A DNA stretch of 64,000 bases from an uncultured Gammaproteobacteria bacterium (GTDB lineage: Bacteria; Patescibacteriota; Microgenomatia; UBA12405; CAZGPK01), in the NCBI GenBank assembly GCA_964527115.1, contig CAZGPK010000002.1, forward strand, positions 20,765 to 84,764. The letters run 5' to 3'. The notes under the pieces were generated by a model. The model ran no database searches and was not told where the DNA came from. It saw only the letters and a program-made list of their open reading frames with translations. Both the position numbers and the translations under genes were made by a program. The first letter of the stretch is position 1. Every line of letters begins with the position of its first letter. Shown here in pieces: positions 39,133-49,044 of the stretch.

Positions 39133-40096
39133 GTTTTTTTAAGAGTCTAAATTTACGGCTTTGTTGTTTAAGGAGAGTGTCAAGAGTAGTTTTTTGACCA
39201 GTGAGAAGAGTGACAGTCCCCTCTTTTTTTAAGATCCGGTAGAAACTGCTGAGTATTTGAGCATAGAAAGTAGCAATATTTAAGTGTTTTGCCTGGTATT
39301 GGCCCCAGGGAGGGTCGGTAATAATTTTGTCAATGGAATCGTCTTCAAAAGTTTTAAGAAGAGTGGCATCCCAGCGACCTTCGGTAATGCGGGCTTTGGC
39401 TTTTCTTGCTCTTTGGCGGGTAAGATTAACCATTTTGGGGTCAATGTCGCCGGCGAGGATTTTTTTAACAGGGAAGTTTTTAGCCAGTTCAACCGGAATA
39501 ACGCCGTAACCACAGAAAGGGTCAAGAATAATATCGGAGGTTTGAGGATTGCTCATAAAACAAAGGAGGTAAGCCAGTTCTGCTTTAAGTTCTCCGGCCT
39601 GTTTTTGAGTGGGGCGTTGCCTTATCTTTGGCCCAAAGAAAATATAGCCTTCTTCGCGGCGAGCTAGAAACCAAAATTCCAAGTTGGCCTTGCTTTGAGT
39701 GTAGATGAGGCGAGGATGGGTCTCAAGTTTGTTTTTTAGAGGGTTAATGATTTCCGGACCAATAGAGAGAAAACGGTTTTGTTGGGAGAAAATTAAGCGA
39801 AAGCGGGTTTTTTTGGCAAAGTGGGTTTGGTTTAGGTATTTTTCTAGATTAGGGCTTTGGGCCAGGGTTTCAGAGGCCTTGACCTTGCTTGGTTCTTTTA
39901 GAGAGTCGATTAAGAGGAAGTTGCTGTTAAAAAAGCGTAAATTAGCGGCTTGAGTGGGACTCAAAGGGCCTTCCCAAACCAAAAGACCATCAAAGAGCAT
40001 ATTTATTTTTACTTTGGGAACGTGGGCCTTGAGGGCGTCTTTGACGATTTGGCTGGTGCCGGAAATGAAGGTGGAAAAGTAGGATAAATTATTCAT
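39077..40096 (-). CDS. THUMP-like + amino-methyltransferase (TrmN/Trm14-like, UPF0020)
   Basis: LDPFCGYG, GDID, WDAT, TDPPWG. Confidence 0.8.
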   Translation of the reverse strand: MNNLSYFSTFISGTSQIVKDALKAHVPKVKINMLFDGLLVWEGPLSPTQAANLRFFNSNFLLIDSLKEPSKVKASETLAQSPNLEKYLNQTHFAKKTRFRLIFSQQNRFLSIGPEIINPLKNKLETHPRLIYTQSKANLEFWFLARREEGYIFFGPKIRQRPTQKQAGELKAELAYLLCFMSNPQTSDIILDPFCGYGVIPVELAKNFPVKKILAGDIDPKMVNLTRQRARKAKARITEGRWDATLLKTFEDDSIDKIITDPPWGQYQAKHLNIATFYAQILSSFYRILKKEGTVTLLTGQKTTLDTLLKQQSRKFRLLKKHDILVSGQKAAIFLFQKK

Positions 40097-41327
40097 ATCT
40101 TAAGGCTTCAATTGGAGAAAGGCGGGAGGCGCGACGGGCGGGAGCGGCGCCAAAGACGATGCCGACTAAGGCGGCAACAGAAAAGGAGAGAATAACGGAA
40201 TCAAGGTTGATTTTGGCCGGGAAAACTTGCTTGATAGCTAGAGTTCCCAAAGCTCCCAGACCAATGCCAATGGCTCCTCCCAAAAGAGAAAGGATAGTTG
40301 ATTCAAGTAAAAACTGAGTGAGAATAAGATTGGGAGTGGCGCCCAAGGCTTTTCTGAGACCAATTTCTCGGGTACGTTCAGTGACGGTAACGAGCATTAT
40401 ATTCATAATACCAATACCGCCGACTACTAGGGAAATGGCGGCGATACCAGAAAGGCCAATGGTGAGGATTCCCAGAATGGAATTGATGCTTTCCAGGAGT
40501 TGGCTTTGGTCAAAAACAGAAAAGGAGTCTTTTTCAAAATCTTTAAGAAGAATTTTTTCGGCCTCTTTTTTGATGGGGTCAACCTGGTCAGAGTTGGGTG
40601 CTTTGATGGTGATGGTGCTAATGTCGCGGCTTCCAGCTAGGTCATAACCATGTTCTAAAGGAAGATAGATTTGTTCGTCGGTGTTGGGGCCAAAACCACC
40701 TCCAGCGCCTTTTGAGTCGGCAATACCAACGACGGTAAAACGTTTAGAGTTTATTTTTACTTTTTTGCCGAGGGGATTTAGGGTACCAAAAAGGTCTTCG
40801 GCAGTTTTTGAACCCAAAACAACCACTGCCTCATTTTTGGCTTCTTCCTGAGAAGTAAAAAAACGTCCTTGAGTTTGGGGATCGGAGGGATTTAAGTTTC
40901 TAATGTCTGCAAGGGTGGAAGTAGAACCAAGGGCGGAGACTTTGACTGTTTTTGTGCCAAAAGAGATATTGGTGTTGGCAAAAATGATGGGAGCAACAAG
41001 GTCGACTCCATTTATTTTTCTTAAGTCTTTTAGATGTTTGTTTTTAAAGACGGCGTTGTTGGCAGCATAGAAATTTCTTTCGTCTTGTTGTAGGCCTCCA
41101 GATTCATCAAAGACTTGGCCAGCCATAATAATAATAACGTTTGAGCCCAGACTTTCAAATTGGTCGGTAATATAGGCTTGCAGGCCGTGGCCGATGCTCA
41201 TAAGGAGAATGACGGAAGTGACACCGATGATGATGCCAAGGGAGGTGAGAACTCCCCGGCTTTTATTTCGTAAAATGGAGCGCAAGGCAGTGCGGGTTAA
41301 AGTTTTAATTCCGGTTATTTTTGGCAT
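40089..41327 (-). CDS. ABC permease, MacB/FtsX family
   Basis: LTSLGIIIG, GGIGIMNIMLVTVTERTREIGLRKALGA. Confidence 0.95.
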   Translation of the reverse strand: MPKITGIKTLTRTALRSILRNKSRGVLTSLGIIIGVTSVILLMSIGHGLQAYITDQFESLGSNVIIIMAGQVFDESGGLQQDERNFYAANNAVFKNKHLKDLRKINGVDLVAPIIFANTNISFGTKTVKVSALGSTSTLADIRNLNPSDPQTQGRFFTSQEEAKNEAVVVLGSKTAEDLFGTLNPLGKKVKINSKRFTVVGIADSKGAGGGFGPNTDEQIYLPLEHGYDLAGSRDISTITIKAPNSDQVDPIKKEAEKILLKDFEKDSFSVFDQSQLLESINSILGILTIGLSGIAAISLVVGGIGIMNIMLVTVTERTREIGLRKALGATPNLILTQFLLESTILSLLGGAIGIGLGALGTLAIKQVFPAKINLDSVILSFSVAALVGIVFGAAPARRASRLSPIEALRYE

Positions 41328-41328
41328 T

Positions 41329-42018
41329 TTAGTTGTTTATTTGGCCATCGATCATAGTAATGACGCGGTTGGCGCGGCGGGCTAACTCTTGGTCATGAGT
41401 AACCATAACAATGGTTTTGCCTTCCCGATTTATTTCCTTGATAAGTTTAACTATTTCAACCCCTGAGCGGCTGTCTAAGTTACCAGTTGGTTCGTCAGCT
41501 AAGATAATTTCGGGATCATTGACTAGGGCGCGGGCGATAGCGACACGCTGTTGTTGGCCTCCGGAGAGCTGGTTGGGGTGGTGATCCAGGCGGTCACCCA
41601 GAGCAACTTTTTCCAGAATAGCGGTGGCTCGTTTTTCCCTTTCTTTTTGGCTTAAACCAGCATAAAGCATGGGAAGTTCGACATTTTCTCTGGCACTGGT
41701 TTTGGGGAGGAGGTTGAATTGTTGGAAGATGAAACCAATGCTGTGATTTCTGGCGCGGGAGAGAGCTTTTTCATCTAAGCTTTGGGTTTCCCGACCTTTT
41801 AAAAATACCTGGCCGGAGCTTGGTTGATCCAAAAGGCCAATAATGTGCATTAGAGTTGATTTGCCGGAGCCGGAGGGGCCGACGATGGAAACAAAGTCGC
41901 CTTTTTTAATTTGGAGGGAGATGTTTTTTAAGGCATTGACCTGAGTTTCGCCCATTTGGTAGCTTTTATAGGTATTGACTAGCTCAAGAATCGGTTCTGT
42001 CCCGTTTTTTTTACTCAT
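41329..42018 (-). CDS. ABC ATP-binding protein (LolD/MacB type)
   Basis: [27 protein letters not shown]. Confidence 0.97.
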   Translation of the reverse strand: MSKKNGTEPILELVNTYKSYQMGETQVNALKNISLQIKKGDFVSIVGPSGSGKSTLMHIIGLLDQPSSGQVFLKGRETQSLDEKALSRARNHSIGFIFQQFNLLPKTSARENVELPMLYAGLSQKEREKRATAILEKVALGDRLDHHPNQLSGGQQQRVAIARALVNDPEIILADEPTGNLDSRSGVEIVKLIKEINREGKTIVMVTHDQELARRANRVITMIDGQINN

Positions 42019-43063
42019 AATAGACCAAGGTTTGTTCTGCGTTAAGGCCGGAGACTATTTCTACATACTCATCGGTTTCGAGGCCAATTTCTACTTCTTG
42101 TTCTAGATTTTTAGGAGAGCTTTTCAGGATGACAAAAGTGCGCCCCTCTTTTTCGTTTAGGGCTTCAAGGGGAATGTAAAGGGTGTTGGAAGATTGTCGG
42201 GAGATAATTTGGGCATCGCCAGACATGCCTAGACGGTATTTAAGGTTGGAGTTGTCAATAGGAAGGCTAAATTTTAAGCGGTAGGAAATGGTATTAGAGC
42301 TGGTTAGGGGAACAAAGCTTTGAAAGATAAGCTTGGAGTCAATAGTTTCTTCTGGGTAGGCGTCAAGAGTGATTTGGGCGCTGGCGCTGGCAGGAATTTC
42401 CTGAAGTTCGTCTTCATCGGCGCTGGCTTCAAAATAGATAGTGCCGGGATTGATAACAGTGAATTCGGCTGTGGCGGGGGTAATGTTGACCCCAGCAAAG
42501 GGTTGGTCAACTTTGGTGACAATACCGGCGATGGGGCTGCTGAGGACGGCCAAACGATGGCTTAGATCGGCTAGTTCCACATCAATGACTGAGTTTTCCA
42601 GATCCCATTGGGCTTTGTCCAGAATTCGCCTTATCTCGTAGTCAATGACCAGGCCTTCTCTGACTAATTTATGGTCATCTTGGTCCTGTTCAAAGTCGGC
42701 TCGTTCTTTGGAGTAGTCATTTAGTTCTTTTTTTAGAGTTTTTTCTAGGGCACGGCGATCGAGGGTGGCTAGTGCTTGGCCGCGGCGGACCCAATCCCCT
42801 TCTTTAACGGCAACCCAAGTTAAGAGGCCCGAGGTTTGGAAGCGCAAAGTAAGGTTTTCTTCAGCCTGGAGGTGGCCAGAGAGCTCCAGGGTTTGGGTGA
42901 GGTCGCCTTGTTTTACGGTAACGGTTTTTTCGGTTTTTCCTTTGGGGATAGTCGTACTTTTGGCTTTAGCTTGGCGAAAGACGAGAAGGAGGGTAAGACC
43001 AGCAAGGCCGACGATAAGCCAGATTTTGTTTTTGCTAAGCCAGTTTTTTTTGGTTTCGGACAT
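42011..43063 (-). CDS. Membrane fusion/adaptor protein (MacA-like)
   Basis: VKEGDWV..GQ.LA, SPIAG.V, GLETDEYVEIVSGL. Confidence 0.9.
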   Translation of the reverse strand: MSETKKNWLSKNKIWLIVGLAGLTLLLVFRQAKAKSTTIPKGKTEKTVTVKQGDLTQTLELSGHLQAEENLTLRFQTSGLLTWVAVKEGDWVRRGQALATLDRRALEKTLKKELNDYSKERADFEQDQDDHKLVREGLVIDYEIRRILDKAQWDLENSVIDVELADLSHRLAVLSSPIAGIVTKVDQPFAGVNITPATAEFTVINPGTIYFEASADEDELQEIPASASAQITLDAYPEETIDSKLIFQSFVPLTSSNTISYRLKFSLPIDNSNLKYRLGMSGDAQIISRQSSNTLYIPLEALNEKEGRTFVILKSSPKNLEQEVEIGLETDEYVEIVSGLNAEQTLVYYE

Positions 43064-43419
43064 CGGCTAATTGTACCAGTTTTCTTATCTTTTTGAAGCT
43101 GGAGTTTTTCTTTTTTTAATCTGGCTAATTGCCACATAAAAAGACGAGCGGGTGAGCGAATACTGCGGGGAGTTTGGTCACGAACAAAAAGACGGGCTTT
43201 TTCTAAAAGATCTTGGGGAGTGTTTTTGGCCAGGCGAAGATAGAGGCTGCGATGGGGCCAGTCAGAAAGCTCCTCAGCCAATCGAAGTCCATAGGCTTGA
43301 AAGTTTTTTGTGACGTATTTTCGGCGTTTTTCTAGTCGACCTAAATCAAATAGAGTGCCGATTGGTTCTGGTTTCTTGGTAGTCAAGGGAAGAAGAGTGG
43401 TTGGCCCAATAAAGAACAA
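42913..43419 (-). CDS. Hypothetical protein; boundaries uncertain
   Basis: Protein-like core FQAYGLRLAEEL.D..H.SLYLRLAK...RLFMW fills the 43064-43345 gap; overlaps both neighbours. Confidence 0.6.
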   Translation of the reverse strand: MFFIGPTTLLPLTTKKPEPIGTLFDLGRLEKRRKYVTKNFQAYGLRLAEELSDWPHRSLYLRLAKNTPQDLLEKARLFVRDQTPRSIRSPARLFMWQLARLKKEKLQLQKDKKTGTISRCPKPKKTGLAKTKSGLSSALLVLPSFSSFAKLKPKVRLSPKEKPKKPLP

Positions 43420-44569
43420 GGTTTAATCCAATAATACCACCTATTAAGGTGGCGGCGAGGCTGAAATTTAATCTGACTAAAAGGAGAGCAGCCAGAAGAA
43501 TGACGAGACCGCCGGAGTGAGTGGCAATTTCCCGGTTGGTGAAGAAGATAAGAGGGTTTTTTTTGGGGAGCCAGTAGGTGCTGGAGTCAAAAGGAATCCT
43601 AGTGAAGACATTGGTGATAAGGTAGGCAATATCGGAGAGGGCCAGGAAGAGTGGGGTCAAAAGCAGAGGTTTAATGGCCCAATTGAAACTGTTGGCGGCG
43701 CTACTTAAGGAAACAAAGCGGCGGGTTTTGGGGAGGGCTTTATTTTTGATTACTTGAGCCACCAAAATAGAAAGAATAAGAGAGGTTGTTTGGATAAGGC
43801 CGATTTGCTTCATGTTTCCTAGAATAAGAAAAAGGAAAAGGGGCCAGAGCCAGGAATAAACGGCGGCCTCCATACCAAAACCGAAAAAAGCCCAAGAGAA
43901 ATGGGTAATTCCTCCTTTACGGCGTCCTACTAAGATTTTTTTGAAACCTGGCCAAGCTGGGTGTTCGTCGTACTGATCTAAAAAGATGGGTAAAATAGAG
44001 GCTACCAGAAAAATCAAGGCAACAAGGTAAAGGGAAGAAAATCCCCAAATAGAGGCGATAATTCCTCCTAAAAGTGGGCTTAGGGCGGCGGCGATTTGGG
44101 TGATGATATAGACAAAACTTACCTGACTGCCAACTTTTTGGGGTGTTGTTTGGCGGTCGAAGGCTAAATGGTAGGAGAGCCAGTGAGGAGGAAGCTTAAT
44201 TCCTGAGAGGATAGCAGTCGGCCAAAGGAGCCAGGGGAATTGGGCCGACAACATCAGAGTAAGGATGTAGGCAGTGCGCAAAAGGGCACCCAGAAGAATA
44301 CTTTTGTCGGGACCAAAATGGCTAATAAACCAGGCTGAGGGAAAACTGGCTGCCAGGTGAGAAGCTTCCCAGATAATAAAAAAGAGGATGGTTTGAGAGA
44401 GATCGTGGGTAATTTGGTAAACATAAATGGGGACGAAAAGCTCCATGATACTAAAACAGAAAGTTAAGAAGACAGTATTTAAATAAAGGCTAGAGAGACC
44501 GGAAAGATGGGGGCGGTATTGCCAGACGCCAAAGCGATGAAGGTCTTTATGAGATTCGGTTAGGGGCAT
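43346..44569 (-). CDS. MFS transporter
   Basis: About 12 TM helices; SPLLGGII. Confidence 0.85.
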   Translation of the reverse strand: MPLTESHKDLHRFGVWQYRPHLSGLSSLYLNTVFLTFCFSIMELFVPIYVYQITHDLSQTILFFIIWEASHLAASFPSAWFISHFGPDKSILLGALLRTAYILTLMLSAQFPWLLWPTAILSGIKLPPHWLSYHLAFDRQTTPQKVGSQVSFVYIITQIAAALSPLLGGIIASIWGFSSLYLVALIFLVASILPIFLDQYDEHPAWPGFKKILVGRRKGGITHFSWAFFGFGMEAAVYSWLWPLFLFLILGNMKQIGLIQTTSLILSILVAQVIKNKALPKTRRFVSLSSAANSFNWAIKPLLLTPLFLALSDIAYLITNVFTRIPFDSSTYWLPKKNPLIFFTNREIATHSGGLVILLAALLLVRLNFSLAATLIGGIIGLNLVLYWANHSSSLDYQETRTNRHSI

Positions 44570-44601
44570 TAAACCATGATAGCAAACATAGCAAAGAGGA
44601 G

Positions 44602-44675
44602 TGGACCTGGGGGGATTTGAACCCCCTACCTCTCCGATGCGACCGGAGCGCTCTAGCCAACTGAGCTACAGGCCC
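44602..44675 (-). tRNA. tRNA-Ala(CGC)
   Basis: GGGCCTGTAGCTCAGTTGGCTAGAGCG CTCCG-GTCGCAT-CGGAG...CAGGTCCA; G3:U70; CCA not encoded. Confidence 0.93.
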
Positions 44676-45193
44676 GAAAGTTTTAGCTTGGATATTATAT
44701 CAGCGCTAGTTTGGGAAATGTTTTTATTTATCCTTAGTTTTTCAAAGAAGTTAGGGGGAGTAAGAACATATTTTTCAGGAGTGATTTTGGGGTGGCGGCC
44801 GATACCCAGACGAATGCGATGAAAGCTTTGGGTGCCCAGAACCTGAATGACTGATTCTACTCCGTGGTGGCCGGCGGGGCCGCGGTCAAACTGGATTTTA
44901 GACTCCCCTACTTTAAGATCGAGGTCGTCGTGGGCAAGGTAAATGTTGGCGGGTTTAATTTTATAAAAATGAGCAGTACTCTGAAGGCTTGGTCCAGACT
45001 CATTCATAAAAGTTTCGTTTGTGGCAAGAATGAGGTTTTTGTCTTTGCTTAGGCGGGTTTTTAGCTTTTTTTGGAGAGTGAGTGGGGGGAGATTGAGCTT
45101 TTTAAGGAGGGATTCAACTAGCCAGTAACCGGCATTGTGACGGTGGGCTTGATACTTAGAGCCAAAATTTCCGAGTCCAAAGAGAAGAAACAT
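44666..45193 (-). CDS. pth: Peptidyl-tRNA hydrolase
   Basis: GLGN.G..Y..HRHNAG, FMNESG, HDDLD, GHHG, RIRLGIG. Confidence 0.95.
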   Translation of the reverse strand: MFLLFGLGNFGSKYQAHRHNAGYWLVESLLKKLNLPPLTLQKKLKTRLSKDKNLILATNETFMNESGPSLQSTAHFYKIKPANIYLAHDDLDLKVGESKIQFDRGPAGHHGVESVIQVLGTQSFHRIRLGIGRHPKITPEKYVLTPPNFFEKLRINKNISQTSADIISKLKLSGL

Positions 45194-45222
45194 GGCTTAG
45201 TTTATCAGCTTTTTTGGAGGAA

Positions 45223-45573
45223 TTATTTTTTACCAAGTTGTTTTTGGGCCCAGTCACCAAGATAAGGAAGAGAGATTTTTTCTCCTTGGTAGGTCTTAAG
45301 GATAAGGAAGATCCAAAGGATAAAGGAGGCGAGACCCCAGAGAGGACTGATAGTGAGGGCCAAAAAAACTCTTAAAAATGGAATGGAGCTTAAAATAATT
45401 GATCCAGCAATAACAAGCAGGGAGAAGACAAGAGATTGGTAGGCGTGGTAGCGAACGAAGCGATTTTCAGGCTCAAGGCTTAGAACAATGAAGGCGGTAA
45501 CGAAGCCAAAAAGATAAGAGAGGGCGGCGGCCTGATTTTCAGGGAGATTAAGAGAAGATTTTTTTTGTTTCAT
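45223..45573 (-). CDS. DUF4870 membrane protein
   Basis: AAALSY, FVRYHAYQS, LPYLG. Confidence 0.85.
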   Translation of the reverse strand: MKQKKSSLNLPENQAAALSYLFGFVTAFIVLSLEPENRFVRYHAYQSLVFSLLVIAGSIILSSIPFLRVFLALTISPLWGLASFILWIFLILKTYQGEKISLPYLGDWAQKQLGKK

Positions 45574-45582
45574 TTTTTTTAT

Positions 45583-45876
45583 TTAATTTTTAAGCTTTTT
45601 AAGGAGAGTGCGGGTTTTTCTAATGGCACGGGAGAGAGCTTCAAGGGGTTGGCGGCCACTTGATTTAGCAACGAAAGATTTTTTAGGAGTTTGGACTTTG
45701 ATGCGAAAGCTAAAGAGAGGTTTGGTGCGGGAAACAAATTGTTTGTGGGCGAAAACTTGAAGACGGGAGATTTTTTGGGCTGGGCGGGAGCGGCTTAGTC
45801 TGGTGATGGCTTTTTTGACTTGGGATTGGAGAAAAGGGCTTAAAGATTTAATTTCCCAAATTGCTTTGGTGACCAT
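45583..45876 (-). CDS. HPF/RaiA-like ribosome hibernation factor (divergent)
   Basis: 97 aa, basic, beta-alpha-beta-beta-beta-alpha pattern ending AKSSG..PLEAL..AI.K. Confidence 0.6.
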   Translation of the reverse strand: MVTKAIWEIKSLSPFLQSQVKKAITRLSRSRPAQKISRLQVFAHKQFVSRTKPLFSFRIKVQTPKKSFVAKSSGRQPLEALSRAIRKTRTLLKKLKN

Positions 45877-45924
45877 TGCTACTTTAAATTATACAGAAAG
45901 GAAAGGAAGCAGGCTACGTTTAAA

Positions 45925-47880
45925 TTAGGAGGAAAGAAGGGCGAGGAGTTTTTTTTCATTAATGATGGGGATTTTTAAGGTTTTGGCTTTTTGGGATTTG
46001 GAGGAGAGGGAGTGGGGGTTGTTGGAGACTAGGTAGGACAGGCTTTTGCTGACTGAGGAGTGGGTTTCTCCTCCCTTTTTTTCAATAAGGTCTTCCAGCT
46101 CCCGTCGAGGACGGGACATGCTACCAGTTAGACAAAATGAGAGATTTTTAAGAGGGAGAGAGGCAGAGGGGGCGGGTTTTTCAATGCTAATTTCTAAGAT
46201 TAGGCTATCGATAAGGGGGCGGCGGATTTTTATTCCTTCAATAATAGTTTGAGCCAGTTGTTCTTTGAAACCCTTGATGGCAAGAAGGTCTGAGATTTTG
46301 AGGGAAGTTATTTTCTCAAGAGTGTTGAAGCCGGCGTGAACTAGCTGTCTGGTCCTTTTGTGGGAGAGGGTGGGAATGGAGATGGCGGAGAGAAATTGGG
46401 CAAGGCTGAGGCGGCGTTGTGACTGGATTTGGTTAATGATTTTTTGACCAATTGTTTTCCCTAGTCCCTCGGTGTTAATGAAGTCGGAGAGAGTGAGGCG
46501 GTAAAAGTCGGCAGGGGTTTTTAGCTTTCCTTGTTGGTAGAATTTGCGGATAGTTTTTTGGGAAATGTGGTCAATTTTTAAAGTCGTACAGAAGCGGCGT
46601 AGTTGGCCTTGGATTTGGGCGGGACAATGGCGATAGTTGGTACAGAGAAGGTAGTGCTCTTCTTTTTTGAGTTTTTTGTTGCATGAAGGACAGGTAAGGG
46701 GTGGCTTAAAGTAGCCGGAGCTGTTTTTTTTGAGAAGCTTTTCAACGTAGGGGATGACGTCGCCACGACGGGAAAGTTGAATGAGGTCGCCAGTATTTAG
46801 ATTTTTTTCTTTAATTAATTGCCAATTGGCCAGTGAGGCTTTGCGGATGATAGCTCCGGAAAGAGAAACCGGCTCAACTTTGGCAACGGGAGTGATTTTT
46901 CCCAATGGTCCCACTTGCCAAGAGATGGAAATGATAGTAGTTTCGGCCGATTCAGCGGGGAATTTATAGGCAACTTGGCCCTTTGGTCGCTGATTTAAGA
47001 TGCCCAAGGATTCCTGGAGGGTTTGATCATTTATTTTGACTACTAAGCCATCTATTTCAAAAGGAAAGCGGCGACGGGATTGGTTTAGAAATTTTTGGTA
47101 GATTTTTTCTACTTCGGAAAGGGAGGGACAAAGGAGACTGTCGACAGGATCAAGCCCCAGAGTTTTAAGATAGTCGACAGAGTCACTTTCAGTGTTTGGA
47201 ATGGGGAGGGGTTGTTGAAAAGCTAAGTCGACGGGAACTAGGCGGCAGAGGGAGGAGAAGCGAGCATCAAGGCGCTGAGAGATGCCAGCAGCGGCATTTC
47301 GGGGATTGGAGTAAAGCGAGTCTTTGGATTTTTTTTGTAAGGTGGCAAAATCTTGGTAGGAGATGACAATTTCGGCGCGGATAAGGCCGGAAAAGGGTTT
47401 TTTTAGTTTTTTTAAGAAACCCTGCATGTGGGCGGCGTTTTGGCTGATGTCGTCCCCTATTTTGCCGTCTCCACGGGTAACAGCGGCGCGAAGAAGACCG
47501 TTATGATACTCAAGGCCTAAGGAGAGGCCATCTAATTTGGGTTGGACAAGGAAGCTGGTTTGGGGAGGGAGATGGTGTTTCTGAAAATATTTTTTAAGTG
47601 AAGGCCAGTCGCTGACTTTATTTTGAGAATTCATCAAAGGGAGAGAGTGGCGACGCTTGACAAAGCCACTTTCTTTGTTGGAACTGCCAATTTTTTGGAA
47701 AAAACGATGGTAAGGCTGTTGTTTTTTAAGAAGAGCTTCCAAGCTATCGTAGGTGTGGTCATCCATAAGCGGTGTTTGCCCGCTGTAGTAGATTTTTTGG
47801 GCATTAATTAGAAGATCTCCTAATTTTTGAGGAGGGAGTTTTTGGATTTGGGGATCAGAAAGAATGATCTTTTTTTTCAT
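45925..47880 (-). CDS. ligA: NAD-dependent DNA ligase
   Basis: PKLDG, TRGDG, NPRNAAAG, DGLVVK, AYKF, Zn finger, BRCT. Confidence 0.96.
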   Translation of the reverse strand: MKKKIILSDPQIQKLPPQKLGDLLINAQKIYYSGQTPLMDDHTYDSLEALLKKQQPYHRFFQKIGSSNKESGFVKRRHSLPLMNSQNKVSDWPSLKKYFQKHHLPPQTSFLVQPKLDGLSLGLEYHNGLLRAAVTRGDGKIGDDISQNAAHMQGFLKKLKKPFSGLIRAEIVISYQDFATLQKKSKDSLYSNPRNAAAGISQRLDARFSSLCRLVPVDLAFQQPLPIPNTESDSVDYLKTLGLDPVDSLLCPSLSEVEKIYQKFLNQSRRRFPFEIDGLVVKINDQTLQESLGILNQRPKGQVAYKFPAESAETTIISISWQVGPLGKITPVAKVEPVSLSGAIIRKASLANWQLIKEKNLNTGDLIQLSRRGDVIPYVEKLLKKNSSGYFKPPLTCPSCNKKLKKEEHYLLCTNYRHCPAQIQGQLRRFCTTLKIDHISQKTIRKFYQQGKLKTPADFYRLTLSDFINTEGLGKTIGQKIINQIQSQRRLSLAQFLSAISIPTLSHKRTRQLVHAGFNTLEKITSLKISDLLAIKGFKEQLAQTIIEGIKIRRPLIDSLILEISIEKPAPSASLPLKNLSFCLTGSMSRPRRELEDLIEKKGGETHSSVSKSLSYLVSNNPHSLSSKSQKAKTLKIPIINEKKLLALLSS

Positions 47881-47906
47881 GTCTCTTGGAAAATGGGAGA
47901 TATGGG

Positions 47907-49019
47907 TTATTCAATAAGGTGGTAGTAAGCGCCTTTAGTACTGCCGCGTTTACCAACTATTTTTGATTCGATAAGTTTTTTTAAGTCACGCCAGATGGTG
48001 TCATCGGAAACCATGGGAAGCAGCTCTTGGGCGTCCGGCATGCGGAGACCACCGAACTCTCTCATATACTCGACAAGTTTTATTTGGCGGTCGGATAGAG
48101 GAATTTGTTTGCCGCCAAGCTGGCGTTTGAGACGGTAATCGGCGGAAAGGTGGAGAACTTTTTCTTTGACCCGGTCAAGCTCGATGGCTAAGACTTCAGT
48201 AAAATATTCTATCCATCCACTCAAATCTCTTTGAATGAGGTCGGGGTTGGTTTGGTCAGTTTTTTGGATGGCACGGTAGTAGAGATCGGCATGGCGGTCA
48301 AAATATTCCTCAAGAGAAAAGAGGCGTCTGATATCGTAGCCCTCGGTGTGGAGGACAAGGGTGGAAAAGGCTCGGGCAACTCGGCCATTGCCTTCGGGAA
48401 AAGGGTGGATGGCGACAAGAACATAGTGGGCAATGGCGGCTTTAATAATGGGGTGAAATTTTTGGACTTCTTGCTGGTTTAGCCAGTTGAGGAAGTCGGT
48501 AACCATGAAAGGAACCTCAACTGAAGGGGGAGGGCGGTGGATTATTTCTCCGGTTTGACTGTTTCGTAAAGTTACTTCCTGACGGCGGTATTGGCCAACC
48601 AGGGAGGCATCAATAACTTTTTCGGTAGTTAGGCGGTGCATTTTTTTGAGGATTTCCTCGGAATAGTGGAATTGGCTGTTTTCCTGAGGAATAGCTTGGC
48701 CAGAAACGATTCCGGCATCGTGCTGGCTCCAGAGCTCTTCTAAATATTGCATGACATTTCGATAGTTGATAACTTCTTGGAGATCTCTTTGGCCGGCACT
48801 TATTTTTTGTCCTTCCATAACCTTGATTACTTCTTGGAGGCTTAAATCATTACCCTCAAGATGAGTGCCGTAATGGACGGTTCGGTTAACAGCCTCTTGC
48901 TGGAAACGGCGTTCGTAGGCAGGGACCAGGGGAGAGGAGCCAATGATGGCGCGGGCGCTTTCAGCTTGGGAAATATTTTTTAAAATTTGATTGTTTATCT
49001 GAAATTTAGCCTGATACAT
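47907..49019 (-). CDS. Fic-domain protein with C-terminal HTH
   Basis: HPFPEGNGRVAR; DDTIWRDLKKL DeoR-like wHTH. Confidence 0.93.
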   Translation of the reverse strand: MYQAKFQINNQILKNISQAESARAIIGSSPLVPAYERRFQQEAVNRTVHYGTHLEGNDLSLQEVIKVMEGQKISAGQRDLQEVINYRNVMQYLEELWSQHDAGIVSGQAIPQENSQFHYSEEILKKMHRLTTEKVIDASLVGQYRRQEVTLRNSQTGEIIHRPPPSVEVPFMVTDFLNWLNQQEVQKFHPIIKAAIAHYVLVAIHPFPEGNGRVARAFSTLVLHTEGYDIRRLFSLEEYFDRHADLYYRAIQKTDQTNPDLIQRDLSGWIEYFTEVLAIELDRVKEKVLHLSADYRLKRQLGGKQIPLSDRQIKLVEYMREFGGLRMPDAQELLPMVSDDTIWRDLKKLIESKIVGKRGSTKGAYYHLIE

Positions 49020-49044
49020 TGGTTTTGAAAAACCTTAAGTACTT

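Noticed and set aside
47907-49019. Fic gene as part of a toxin-antitoxin or defence island
   Set aside because: It sits among housekeeping genes (ligA, holB) with no partner or mobility signal.
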